A stretch of 64,000 nt of DNA, from positions 448,001 through 512,000 of the forward strand of contig CP000067.1 in assembly GCA_000002445.1 (NCBI GenBank), in the 5' to 3' direction. The number at the start of each line of letters is the position of its first letter. Within the stretch, counting starts at the first letter, position 1. This DNA comes from Trypanosoma brucei. Lineage: Eukaryota. Positions 34,076 to 45,753 of the stretch are shown one piece after another. The position numbers and the translations under genes were made by a program. The notes under the pieces are model-generated. The model did no database searches. It was not told the DNA's origin and saw only the letters and a program-made list of their open reading frames with translations.

Positions 34076-37000
34076 GCTTCGCCAATAACTGACGCGCGAA
34101 CACACAAAAATAAATAAAAACACGTAAAATGATGGAAGAAAAAGAAAAAAAAAGAAGAAAACGTAACAAACAAAAAAAAACGGGAAAATGAAAACAAAAA
34201 CAAACAGATATTTTAATATGATAAAATATATGAGCCTTTGCTACTCACATCTCTGTGTCTTTTCTTTTATTTCTTTTTTTTTTCCACTCTCAACTCTCGA
34301 TATTCTTTCTCCTTTATTTTGTTTGTTCAGTTGTTCATTTTCTCATTTTGTACAGGAGTTGTTGTCACTATCGATTGTTGTCTCGTTTGTGTTTTTGTTT
34401 TTTTGTTTTTATATTTTTTTAATATATTTTTTAAAAGTTTTGTGAACGGTAACCTCCACATCTCCCCTCCCCTTCATTTCTCTCTCTCTCTCTTTCTCTC
34501 ACTCACACATCCTTTCTTCATTTTTTTATTTTTATTTTTCCCTTTGAAGATAATAATAATAATAACAATAATAATAATAATCACAACATGGCGCGTGTTG
34601 TCGTCTTTCAATCAGTCGGTGGTAATGATGGAAATTGCGGGGAATAAACAAACTTGTAAAAAAAAAAATTAAAAAAAAAAATGAAAGTGAAGAATGTTAA
34701 AATAATATTTATTTTTTTTAAAAAAAGAATCAACAAACGACAAAAGAACAACAACAACATCAACGACACCAGTGTATTATTATTATTATATTTATTTATT
34801 TTTTTTAAAAGAAAAGGGAATGGCGTATGCAAAAAGCAATAGGAAAAGTAATTGAAGAAAAAAAAACAAGAGAAAAATAAAAAGAAGAGAAAAAAAAGAA
34901 GGACAAAGAGAAGAAAGAGAAGAAAGAAAGGAAAGGAAAGGTGAGACGAAAGGGGAATTTATTTATTTTAAAAAGAAAAAGAAGAAGAAAAAAAAGGGGC
35001 TAAATCGCGGTGGAAGCGGTGGCGTTGTGAAACAACACAGACACGCGGAAAAAGTTTTTAAAAAATTCCACGCATGAATATAAAATGAAGGAAATAAATA
35101 AAAGTTTTAAAACAAAAACAATAAACAAAAACAAAAACAGTGACAACAACAACAATAACAACAACAACAAATACCGACAGCAGAAGCAGTTGGAAAAATG
35201 CATGCGGTACGCGGTTGAACAAATTGAGCGAAAGTAAAACAAATAGAGGAATAAGAAAGGAAATAAAAAACACTCTCACACAAATAGACACACACACACA
35301 CATAAACACACAAATAAACAAATAAACATGAGCTACATCTCCTTTCTCCACTAAAATGACAACAACAACAATAATAATCATAATCATAAAATAAACCTAA
35401 AAGAAAATGAAAAGGAAAAAAAAAGACGGTTGGAAAATGACCCCCTACGCCTCTTTGAGAGTTAACAGTCTTCTTTACTTTAAGAAGAAAAATTATATTA
35501 AAAGTAAATAAATCACAAAGAAAGATAGAAAAAAGGAAGAAAGGGAGAAGCTACGGATTACTCTGAACAAAATAACACGCACGAGTCCTTTTTTTTTTGT
35601 TTTTGTTTTACTTTTTTTTTTTTAAACAAAAAGTTCATTTTCCCCCTCTCTTTTAATCGTTTTCTGTTTTTTTTTGCTTTTCCTTAACTTTTGCTCCTTC
35701 TCTGCGCGTTGAGGTTAAACAAACAAACAAACAAAAAAGACAAAAACAACAGGTTAAGGAACAAAGGGAGAGAGAGAATGGGGAAAAAAAATTGGAAAGG
35801 GGAAAAAACAAACAAAAGGAAAAGAAGTGTAGGAGAACTTTGGGGAGGTTTGGGGATATTACAAATACAAAACAGTGAATATAAACAAAAAACAAAATGA
35901 AAGAGAGGATGTTGAGTAATGTCATGCATTTATTTGGTTGTGTCATTTTCATCTTTCCTTTAACATTTTCTTCCTTTCTTTTTTTTTCCCTCTTCCTTCG
36001 CTCTTTACATCAACCACCATCACTCACTCGATCCTTCATATTGTTTCTCTATTTTATTTTTCCTCGTGTTTTGCACCTCCTTTTCTTTTTTTTTGTTTGT
36101 TTTTAGAAAAGAAAAAAAAAGAATTATTTGGTTTCCCGAACACTCATCCCCTTCGTCATGGCGACAAGCCCCTCCTCCACTTTGAAGAAAGCGTTGAAGG
36201 GGCTTGACGAGCACACAAAAATAATACACACAAACGTAAGAAAAAAAAAAAGGAAAAGGCAGCAGCAGGAACACATGCCACTCAACAACACTCACATGAG
36301 CATATAACATTCATTTTACGCATATAATACGTGCATACAAACACACCAAAATAATGAAATGGATAAATGTCAAGGGATATGAAATTTGAAAATTGAACGA
36401 AATGCTCATAAATATAAATATTCCCACATTTTTCCACCTTTTTTTTTCTCCATTGGTTTCCGGCTTATGTAAACAACACTGGCGGAACATCCCCTCTTGT
36501 GAGAGGTCGGAGAGGTTGTGATGTGTTGAAGGGTGAGACACTGTGTTCCCGTGAAATAGTAATAATAATAATAATAACATCAATGGTGACAATTAATAAT
36601 ATTATTATCATTATTATCAAAAATAAATAAATAGTTTTATTTATTTACATGCATATTTGTGCATATATATATATATATATGTGTACGTATGTATGTATGT
36701 GTGTGTGTGTGGGTGGGTGGAAGGTGCAGCAATAGAGTGGAAGGAATATAGCGGAAACGGGAAGTAAATCAGACGAAAACAAATTGAAGTAAACAAAGGT
36801 TGAGAAAAGAAGCATGCCAAAACCATCTCCTCCTCCTCTTCTTCTTTCTTTTATTCATCTCCTTTACCTCCTTTTTGTTACAAAACAAAGAAATTAAACC
36901 TTTCAAGCTTTTCATATATATATATATATATATATACGTGTGTTTGTGTGTGTAGAAATAATATATTTGGTCTGGCAATTCCTCACTCATTTTCCTTTGC

Positions 37001-37771
37001 TTTTCTCATTATTGTTCTTTTTTTCTTATTTTTCTTCTCTTTTTCCCTCATGACCGCCTTTTCACTTCCCCCTCGTGCTGTCGCCCACCACCCCCATGAG
37101 GCGGGGGAGAGTAATAATAATAATAATATCAATGATATCCGCACAAGTGCCGGTGAATTGTGCGTAAGTAATCGAAAGTAACCAAAACACATAATAAAAC
37201 AGTCAAACAAAGGAAAAGTAAAACAGAAAAAAAACAAAAAGGAAAACACAAAGCATATCTGAAGCACTAAATTATAAAAAAAAACAGATAAAGATATAAA
37301 AAAAACACAGAAACTAATATGTTTCTCACAAAAACAAAACGAAGAAGAGGAAATTAAAAACAAAACGGAAAAACTGGAAGCAGGAAATGGAAGGGGAATA
37401 TATATATATATATATATTTATTTATATATATGTATTTATATATTATTTATTGATGGTTTCCTTTTCGAAATCACATGTGTTCAGTTCCATTCCCCTCCAC
37501 CCTTCCAGCGGCTGTTGTCTCCCCATTCTCACAATCCTACTTATAAGCTCTTCAGGACACAAACAACCAAATACGTGTATGGTCAAACAAAGAAAAGAAG
37601 TCGGAACGGAGAAGGAACTGACATGCACGATTTCGCCTCCCTCTCCGACAAATAAAAAAAAAAAAGAGAAACGAAAAAAAAAAAAAAGAGGAAACTCACA
37701 GGTCTCAAGAGAAATGGAGAGGAAACAAAAAAAAAAGGCTTGCATACCCAAATACTCGTGTCTCCATTTCC

Positions 37772-38503
37772 TTACGAAGTCTGTCCCTCTTCATTTACTG
37801 AAACAATGACAGGTCGCCCATTAACATACACACGCTTACAGGGAACCCGCATCACAGAGGTGCCTCCTGCCGCTGCCGCCACCACCGGAGCTGCAGGTAC
37901 AGGCGTTGATACAACTGCAGGAGCTGCCCGACTTGGCGTGACGCCGAATCCCGCGGTATTACCTCCAGCAGCACGTCGGAACCCTCCCTGCTTTACACCA
38001 GTGCGGGTTGTTGTTGATGATGATGATGATGCGCCATTGTTATTGTTGATGGTGACAGTTGGGTATGCGGCAGCGGTGGTTCCTCGGGACGCTGGCTGGT
38101 GGTAAAGCGGCCGGTTTGTAGCTTGCGGTACGGTGCTGAAGCTGCTATTGGCACTGTTGCTGAAGTGCGAATTACCCTCATCGCTGTGGGACATGATGAA
38201 ACTCATTTCTGCTGTAAAGGGTGAGCGGGGTACACACGGCAAACCGTCATTTGAGGTTCTGCAGTAGGGATCGTGTGTATGGCGTGTTGACGCAACGGGC
38301 TCTTCCACCACAGTGGAAATGGGTCTCAAGTGACCACGGAAAACGTTAGAAGCGGAGGACTTCATCGTGGCGGGACGCGGGGCACCGTTAATAATATTGT
38401 CTGAATTACTAATGGCGTTTGTGCAGTCCATTAGAGGGGAGCCGAACGAGGCGACAGCAGTGGAACCGACGGCTGGGTACGCTTGCATGTTAAAGGAAGA
38501 CAT
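37772..38503 (-). CDS. Hypothetical low-complexity protein (243 aa; S/T/A/N-rich)
   Basis: ATG-initiated (CAT 38501-38503) and not derived from simple DNA repeats, but compositionally biased. No domain recognised. Confidence 0.45.
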   Translation of the reverse strand: MSSFNMQAYPAVGSTAVASFGSPLMDCTNAISNSDNIINGAPRPATMKSSASNVFRGHLRPISTVVEEPVASTRHTHDPYCRTSNDGLPCVPRSPFTAEMSFIMSHSDEGNSHFSNSANSSFSTVPQATNRPLYHQPASRGTTAAAYPTVTINNNNGASSSSSTTTRTGVKQGGFRRAAGGNTAGFGVTPSRAAPAVVSTPVPAAPVVAAAAGGTSVMRVPCKRVYVNGRPVIVSVNEEGQTS

Positions 38504-39280
38504 GACGTATATAATATGGATTTATGTACCTTTGTAACCCTCAAGAGCTTATGTTATGTAGCCTTTTTTTTTCTTCTTTTCTCTTCGTTCGTCTCTTCCG
38601 TACCTTCACAAGTCGTAACACTTGCAAAACTGCGGTTTCGTTCCTCGTTAAATGTTAGAAAACTAGCACTTATCTTTCTCTTTTCCTTTGATTCGTTCAG
38701 CTTTTTATGACTGCTGCAAAGTTTTTTCCTTTGTTCTTGCCGTCTCTTTTCTTTTCCTTTTCGACAAAAATGCTTTTGTAATACCTTTGGAAAGATTACT
38801 AGAATTTTCACTTGGCAGCACAGTGATTGGAGCAAATCGAAAGAAAAAAAGGGGGAGTAGTTTATTCAACACAGTTACGAATTTGCAACAAATCGCTAAA
38901 TCAGGGGAAGAGAAAAGGGAACAGCGACATGCAAAAACAAACAAAAATAAACTGACAAAGCCCTGCACAACACACAAACACACCGGTATACACCAATAGA
39001 GCGACAGGGGGGGGATGATACAGCGCCAGCTTAGAGAATCTCACCTTTGAATATATCAAAAAGAGCTAGCAAGAGAAAAACACTGTTAGTGGAGGAAAGG
39101 AGAGAATCTCTATCGTCAGGCAACGCCACCAACCAACCAACCAACAACCATAAAGAGGGAGCATCACATGCAACAACACCCGCTACAGGAGGCCAAACAG
39201 ATGTACTAGATAAATGCGAAACTATGTGCAAACAGGTGCGCACCTTCACTTGCACGCTAACATTCGTCTTCGGTATTCAC

Positions 39281-41341
39281 TTAGCCAGTGCCAGCAGCGG
39301 CCGCACGACGTTTCCGCAACCTCTTCATGATTCTGAGAATAATGCGAATTATGAGCGGGTTCTCATCATCTGCACCGGATTCTTCAACATCAAAGAGCCG
39401 CTTAGTCGAACGGACCACGCCCCCTGCCACAATGGCAGAGAATATGAGACCCAGCGTTACGACGTTGAAAACCATAGCGGGATCCGGTACGGGTAAAGTC
39501 GACCCCGCCACATTGCTGCACCGCAACCAAAAGTAACAGACACAAGGACCTTTTCTGTTGTTGTCGCGCCGCATACTCTCCATTAGTGACTCCAGTGATC
39601 CCTGGTGGTCGATGCGCTTGTTAGAGATTGAGGCGCAACGTGACATCCCACAGTTTTGGGCTCCAGACGCCTTGTCCCCTTCTCCTACCTTTCCACCCGC
39701 TGAACACACGTGCCGTCCAACACGAATGACGGGTTGTGGAAGAATGCGGTTGCTGTTGGCATCAGGGGGCATATCTTTGTTTGCGGACCATCCGAACCGG
39801 AAAGGAAATTCACAGAGCACAAATCCATTACTTTGCACCCCTGCTTCAAGTGGCCGCATGGCAGTTTCTGTCACAGTAGTGTGAACGAGAACAACCAATA
39901 CGTTGGCGCTTTCATCGACAAAAGCATTTTCTACCCTTGACTCCAACCCCGCACCCGCCCGCATCTCGTGGAGAGACGGACGCATCAAATGCAAAGGGAA
40001 GAAAAGAAGGGCCTCTAACGTGTCCCCCGGTTGCAACATAAGCGACTGTTCGTGACGGCTTTTGGTGTTTGAGTTACCTGATGTGGGCACTTCAGGCGTT
40101 GGATTCACCACCAACCTGTACGTGCCACGGTCATACCCGACGGCAGAAATGAAGTGCTGAGCAGTAGGTGTCACCTCCACATTGCCTAGCGCTTGATTGT
40201 CGTTACCACTTCGGGCCCCTTGGATTTTTTTCAGGGTTTGCAGAGCCGAACTGAGCTTAGCGTTCAACTGAGAACCCGTAATGAAGTCAACACTGGGAGC
40301 ATACTCGGGAAAAGACTCTTTCCAGTGGGAAGAAAGTGCATCGAACTTTTTATTCTGTTCAACGAAAGCCATACGCATCACAAGCTTAATCTCGGCTTCC
40401 TCATTTGTGTGGTTACCCCTGGCCTCACCCCCTTCAGTGGTGGGTGATTGCTTCACCTCGAAACGGAAGTGGTGAAATACGGAGGAAAAGAAGTCTTCCA
40501 TAGAAACGAGTCCCGCCCGGAATATACCCCGAGGGATGCGTTCTTCCACGTCTTTGCCTGAGCGACCACCATTCAGCAGGGCTGTTACATGCTGCGTGCA
40601 AAGTGTATCCTGCTGGGCATGGTGATACGAACACCAGCGAACGTCCCCAAACTTACCAGAGTATCCCGAAGAGGCGAAAACGGAATTACCCGCGGGAACC
40701 GAATGGAGCGCCCCAATCGGTCGAACAAAACGTGGTGTGTCGTCCCACCAGGTAAGCGGGGATGAAAGTAGTGACGAGACAAACTGTGCCAACCATTGAT
40801 GGTGGTGACGCAAATCCTCCTCACCTGCACTCGTCGCGTTACCATCATTATTCCCGTTTGAGCTCGTGCTGACCCACCCACACGCAGATAGAGTGGACTG
40901 GGAACAAACAGAGTGATGTGAGAGGTCGTGAATCAGCTCTGCTGTGCTCTTGTCAACAGGGTGCTTTCGGTTATGTAAAGTAGACGTCCACTCAGGCCGC
41001 CACGAGCCACCACAACCAGACCATTCAATCAAATCGAAGCGCCGTCGCCGTAAGACGTGTACCCAAAACGGGTCTAGCTCTTCATTGAAACTTAAGTGTT
41101 CTTCCCTATCCTCAGCAGAACCCTTCGGAAGCCATAATGAAGTGGTCATAGTTAGGGAAACAAGTGTGGATTCCAGGCCATCGTCGTCAAGACCTGTTGT
41201 CAGCGGTTGCACATGCACCGTGTATCGCCTTTCTGTCCTCGGAACAGTGGGCTTCAGCGCTTGTGTGCGTGTTGTTACACACAAAAGGAACAACAGGGCT
41301 GCCACTACCACCATGGCCCGGTGGCACGGCACTCGCTTCAT
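39281..41341 (-). CDS. Hypothetical type I membrane protein (signal peptide plus C-terminal TM)
   Basis: The ORF-track start at 41356 is GTG; the first ATG is at 41341 (CAT 41339-41341), giving MKRVPCHRAMVVVAALLFLLCVTTRTQA, a predicted signal peptide. A hydrophobic segment VVTLGLIFSAIVAGGVV lies near the C-terminus, followed by a short basic cytoplasmic tail. NxS/T sites are present in the large lumenal region. Confidence 0.6.
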   Translation of the reverse strand: MKRVPCHRAMVVVAALLFLLCVTTRTQALKPTVPRTERRYTVHVQPLTTGLDDDGLESTLVSLTMTTSLWLPKGSAEDREEHLSFNEELDPFWVHVLRRRRFDLIEWSGCGGSWRPEWTSTLHNRKHPVDKSTAELIHDLSHHSVCSQSTLSACGWVSTSSNGNNDGNATSAGEEDLRHHHQWLAQFVSSLLSSPLTWWDDTPRFVRPIGALHSVPAGNSVFASSGYSGKFGDVRWCSYHHAQQDTLCTQHVTALLNGGRSGKDVEERIPRGIFRAGLVSMEDFFSSVFHHFRFEVKQSPTTEGGEARGNHTNEEAEIKLVMRMAFVEQNKKFDALSSHWKESFPEYAPSVDFITGSQLNAKLSSALQTLKKIQGARSGNDNQALGNVEVTPTAQHFISAVGYDRGTYRLVVNPTPEVPTSGNSNTKSRHEQSLMLQPGDTLEALLFFPLHLMRPSLHEMRAGAGLESRVENAFVDESANVLVVLVHTTVTETAMRPLEAGVQSNGFVLCEFPFRFGWSANKDMPPDANSNRILPQPVIRVGRHVCSAGGKVGEGDKASGAQNCGMSRCASISNKRIDHQGSLESLMESMRRDNNRKGPCVCYFWLRCSNVAGSTLPVPDPAMVFNVVTLGLIFSAIVAGGVVRSTKRLFDVEESGADDENPLIIRIILRIMKRLRKRRAAAAGTG

Positions 41342-42447
41342 TCTCTCAATTACCACCGCCTGGTCCTTTTACCTAATGGTTTCGATTGTACCTTCTTTTA
41401 TTACTTACACCGTGCTTATATTATCCCCTTTCGGTTATGCTCACGTGTTGAAATCTTCAGTAGTTGGGACGATAACAGTAAAGGGAAGGGAAACGGGGAT
41501 TTGAAAAAGAAAAATAGATGTCTTTTGTGTTCTCAACACAAAATTTGAAGCAAGAACGAAACCTCACGTCGCTGGCAGAAAGGTGAGGATACAGAAAACC
41601 ATCTCTCCGCTTGATTGGAATTCCCGGGTAGTGACGGTTGGGATCCCCAACAAAAGCAGCACACGACTCTCTCATTCGCACTATCTCAACACCGTGCCTG
41701 CACCATGGAGCATTATGTCCAAATACTCCACCGTGGCACTAACGCGTCCCGCCACTCATATAAAAACAAATGCAGCTGTGATACGCAGCGGTGAGGAAAA
41801 TGTCACATGGAGCCAACAATTTCACTGCCCTCCTCCATTCCCAATTTCACCGTCTTTTCCCCACATTAGCATATACCTCATGCCATACATAACCCCTTGA
41901 AGACCCCCCCTCCCCTCCTCCAAAAAAATAATAATAACAATAACAATAATGATCCAGCAACCCTCCGCCTCAGAAAAGAGAAGCATACAAGGGAACGATC
42001 AAGCACTCGCATAATCATCCAGAAAAATAATAACTAGCGCCGTACGCTCCCACCTGTGTCAATCACTTCGATCCTTTAGCCCTGCTCGGGGGACTTGCAT
42101 AACCACTACTACTGCCATTACCTTAGCACTAGTAACGAAAAGATATAGAAAGGCAAGAGAAAGAGGAGGAAGTACCAATAGGAGGGGCAAATCAAAGTTG
42201 ATTGCGTTAAATTACTTAGCCGCAAAAAGCACGGCCACTTTCACCTTCCAACAAGAAAATTTACTATTTCCTTAGAGTGCGACAGGGAGCATACCTCGTA
42301 CACCCACCTTTTCTGTTTTTTTTCTTCCTCCTTCCTTCCTCCTCCCACACACATTCCGGGTCTTCGGATGAACCTTATGCGCAACGTTCGTCCACCAGGT
42401 CCCACTTAGTTTAACCGCATCCAATGTTGCTCGTGCTCCCGTGTCAC

Positions 42448-43266
42448 TCAGTTGCGCTGTTTCGCACCTTCGGGAAGAGCACGTACAATATGCATAACCG
42501 TGTTCTTAAAGCGTGCAACACCTTTTGTCCTGCTGAGGCACCGCTCAGCCTGCTCGGGTGTTTCGAATGTGATGAAGGCAAAGCCCCTGTAGTTGGATGT
42601 TTTACCATCAGTTGGCAAGAAGAGCTTATCGATGCGGTACTCATCCGTGTTGAAGATGTTATATAGCTCCTCTCGCGAAATATCATCCGAAATGTTCGTG
42701 ATGCGCAAGCGGCGGTCGGTATCCTCCTTGTGCTGAACGGAAGTTTTGTCTCCTCTCGCTGCCGCCCACGTGCGTTCCTTCCCCTGGTCATCAGGTGCGG
42801 CGGCCTCCTTAGCAGCCCGCTCCTGCTCCTCCTTAACCTTCGCGTACCGCGCGAGATGGACATCCTTAACCTCCACAGTATAGCGCTCGACTTCATTCAT
42901 GAGACGCATAACCTCCTCCCGTGCCATGCGCTCGAATGGATCAACTTCACCTAACTCCAGCACAATTGGGGGATCCCGGGACACGAGATCCTTTTGGTCT
43001 GCAGGATTTGTAGCCCTCCCAAAACGCTTCCACTTGGCGCGGACATCCACTGGAGTGGCCTCACGATCCACACGATATTGGAGCACTCTCTTTACAATTT
43101 CGTACTGCTTATTCTCAGCATCGGTGATGGTCTCAGTGACTACCTTAGCATTCTTCCACGCCGCCTCCTTATCTGCTAGTGCTTTCGCCTCTTGTGGCGT
43201 CAACTGGTTTCCCCCAAAGTCCTCACCGAGGGCAATGGGCTCCATATCATCGGCCCATGTTGCCAT
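42448..43266 (-). CDS. Eukaryotic translation initiation factor 3 subunit G (eIF3g)
   Basis: C-terminal RRM (RITNISDDISREELYNIF...YRGFAFITFETPEQAERC). The N-terminal region has the zinc-binding-like segment typical of eIF3g. The ORF-track start at 43272 is TTG, and the first ATG (MATWADDMEP) is at 43266. Confidence 0.7.
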   Translation of the reverse strand: MATWADDMEPIALGEDFGGNQLTPQEAKALADKEAAWKNAKVVTETITDAENKQYEIVKRVLQYRVDREATPVDVRAKWKRFGRATNPADQKDLVSRDPPIVLELGEVDPFERMAREEVMRLMNEVERYTVEVKDVHLARYAKVKEEQERAAKEAAAPDDQGKERTWAAARGDKTSVQHKEDTDRRLRITNISDDISREELYNIFNTDEYRIDKLFLPTDGKTSNYRGFAFITFETPEQAERCLSRTKGVARFKNTVMHIVRALPEGAKQRN

Positions 43267-43859
43267 CTTCAAAGTGTTTTTTTTTTTTTGGTGGTTGAGC
43301 CCCTTACTTTATTTACCTGGATTTTACTGGGATTCAAACGAAACAACACGCACAAGTCTCACTCTCCTGCAACTGCGAACACAAACGAAAGGTGGTTATT
43401 AGATACAAAAAAAAAGTGTGGGTGGTATAAACAATGGGTAGTGAGGAAACGTCTCCTCGCATGGCAACAACGCGAATAGGTATCGCGGGTGCTGAAGTTC
43501 GTTGATAATTCGGTCTACTGAACAGGTTGCCCTAAGGATATTGCGATTGGGAATTTTTACTTCACAAGAAAGTAATTGGTAATGCCACACGCCATGGTGT
43601 GGGAATAGCAGGTTTGACAAAGGTATATGGCAGACAGAAGACGAGTTGCGGGTCAAAACCGGCCACACAGTGCTGTGGTGTTTTATATGTTGCCACGCCA
43701 ACTCAACATCAACACCGTTTTCGTCCCAAGACACACAAGGAAGAGAAAGGAAAACATACCTCCACCACGTAAGACTGCCATCAACCTCCCACACACACAA
43801 AAAAAAACTCCAACCATTCCGTTCTCCACTTCCAAAGTTCACGACAAATAGAATTGCTT

Positions 43860-45305
43860 TCAGGTCTTCACGGGTACCCAAGTTCTAACGGTGTTGTCGG
43901 CGCTGTAAGTTGCAATAATAGGTTTGCTATCGGCATGATGCGTTGCAGCTCCAACTACACGATCACGGTGACCTTCCAGTCTCTCAACCAGAACAGCATT
44001 ACCTCTCTCTGTAACATCGTAAATGCATGCAGTATTATCCGCACCGCAGGTTACCATAAGATCACATTCTGTGAGGCGCCTCGACGGGGCTTCTCCTTCT
44101 CTTTCTCCATCATCGAAGAAGGCGGGTACATTTTGTTCCTCCCTCACACCCTTCCAGAAAGCCGCCTTGGATGTGTAACCGCGGGTGGGCACGCCGCCGA
44201 CTACATTGCGCAGCATTAGTTCGTGTGGCAGTGACGGGTTGATACCAGGCTCGTAGTACAGGCGCACCATATTGTCCGCTGAAACCACCACCAACCGCTT
44301 CGAATCATCTCGGTTATGGTAAAAACTAATATGTGTGATCGGACTTTGGGATGGCTCATTCTCCACTGATGCTAGGCGTGGAATGTGCGCTACAGAGGTT
44401 TGGTCAACTACGGCCTGCGAACCACCGTTAGGGCCTTCACCTTCCATAGATGAAGACAGCATGGATCCGACCTTACGCAAATCCCATATGGCAATCTGAC
44501 CATTGTTATGACCCGTCACAAGTTGCGTCTTGGAACCGTTAAATGCCAAGGTATTAACTCGCACGTCGTGCCGCCAGGAGATAGTTTTTTTCGTCCGTAT
44601 GTCAACTATTGACGTGTAACGCTTTGAGTCGGTACAAACAAGGGTATAGGCCTTGTCCAAAGGTACTGCTGAGAGAACAAAACCTTTCGACTTGAGTTGA
44701 TAGATTGGTGACGGGCTACCGCTCATGTGTCGCGGGTCCCACACCTTCACAGTGCTATCAAATGAGGCGGAGAGAAGATTGCCACTACCCTCAAACCATG
44801 CAACATCTGCGACGTTCTGCTCGTGTCCGTGAATGGCATGTACCTTCTCCCCAGTCCAAAAGTCGTGCAGGATCAGGCGGCAGTCCAGTCCACCCGTGGC
44901 CAGAAGTGGCATATCTCCTGGAGCAAAGGCTACGCATTGAACAGGTTTTGTGTGCTCGCGCATCTCGCGGCGCAGCTGAAATCGGCGGTTGGGAACGCTC
45001 GGCACCGGGTTATTCTCATAATTAACATCGGCAGAGGTTAAAGTCTCCGCAGGCATGTCGATAACATCGCGGCTCGGAATAGCAGCACGCAGTTCGCGAA
45101 TACTCACAGGAGTTTCCAAAGTAATGCCTTTTGATGCCAACTTACTTAAGGCAATATCAAGTATAGCGCTCAATCGGTACAGCTGTTTCTTAAGAAGCTG
45201 ATTTTCGTGTCGCACCTCCGCCAAGCACTTTTTTAGGAGTATATTTTCATGCCTAACAGTCGCCACAACTTGCGCAGGGGATGAAGCAGACGAGTTGTCC
45301 GCCAT
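43860..45305 (-). CDS. Coiled-coil plus WD40 repeat protein
   Basis: N-terminal heptad-like segment (VRHENILLKKCLAEVRHENQLLKKQLYRL) followed by WD40 repeats (e.g. ..LLATGGLDCRLILHDFWTG.., ..LLSASFDSTVKVWDPR.., ..LVTGHNNGQIAIWDLR..). The ORF-track start at 45647 is TTG with 114 codons of low-complexity leader; the first ATG (MADNSSASS) is at 45305 (CAT 45303-45305). Confidence 0.7.
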   Translation of the reverse strand: MADNSSASSPAQVVATVRHENILLKKCLAEVRHENQLLKKQLYRLSAILDIALSKLASKGITLETPVSIRELRAAIPSRDVIDMPAETLTSADVNYENNPVPSVPNRRFQLRREMREHTKPVQCVAFAPGDMPLLATGGLDCRLILHDFWTGEKVHAIHGHEQNVADVAWFEGSGNLLSASFDSTVKVWDPRHMSGSPSPIYQLKSKGFVLSAVPLDKAYTLVCTDSKRYTSIVDIRTKKTISWRHDVRVNTLAFNGSKTQLVTGHNNGQIAIWDLRKVGSMLSSSMEGEGPNGGSQAVVDQTSVAHIPRLASVENEPSQSPITHISFYHNRDDSKRLVVVSADNMVRLYYEPGINPSLPHELMLRNVVGGVPTRGYTSKAAFWKGVREEQNVPAFFDDGEREGEAPSRRLTECDLMVTCGADNTACIYDVTERGNAVLVERLEGHRDRVVGAATHHADSKPIIATYSADNTVRTWVPVKT

Positions 45306-45753
45306 TCTTCGTCTTTCTGACGTAAAAGCAAAGGGAATAACAGAATGCTCTCCACCCACAAGTGGATGCTGGAGACAGAAGTACAGTACGGCAAAGCCAA
45401 CGCGAACGAGATACCAAAGGAAAAAAAAAGACACAGATAATGTAACGTTACTAATCGACACGAAGGGACAGTGAAGGGAGAAAAGGGGTGAAAATAAGAT
45501 TGGACGGACAGTCAAAAGGGGTTGTGAAGGCAGAGGGAATGAAGGGGAAGGAAGCGCCAACAGCGACCGAGGACAAGCTACCAAACCCACAGGGAAAAGG
45601 AAAGTTGGATACGCTGACAAACGAAAGACACGAACACATATGTACAAATATATACATATATATATATTGTGTGTATGTGTGTGTGTGAGGCAAAAATGTC
45701 AACTAACGCTTAATAAACCTACGATTTGTAGCACAAATCATCCGACGGAAACC

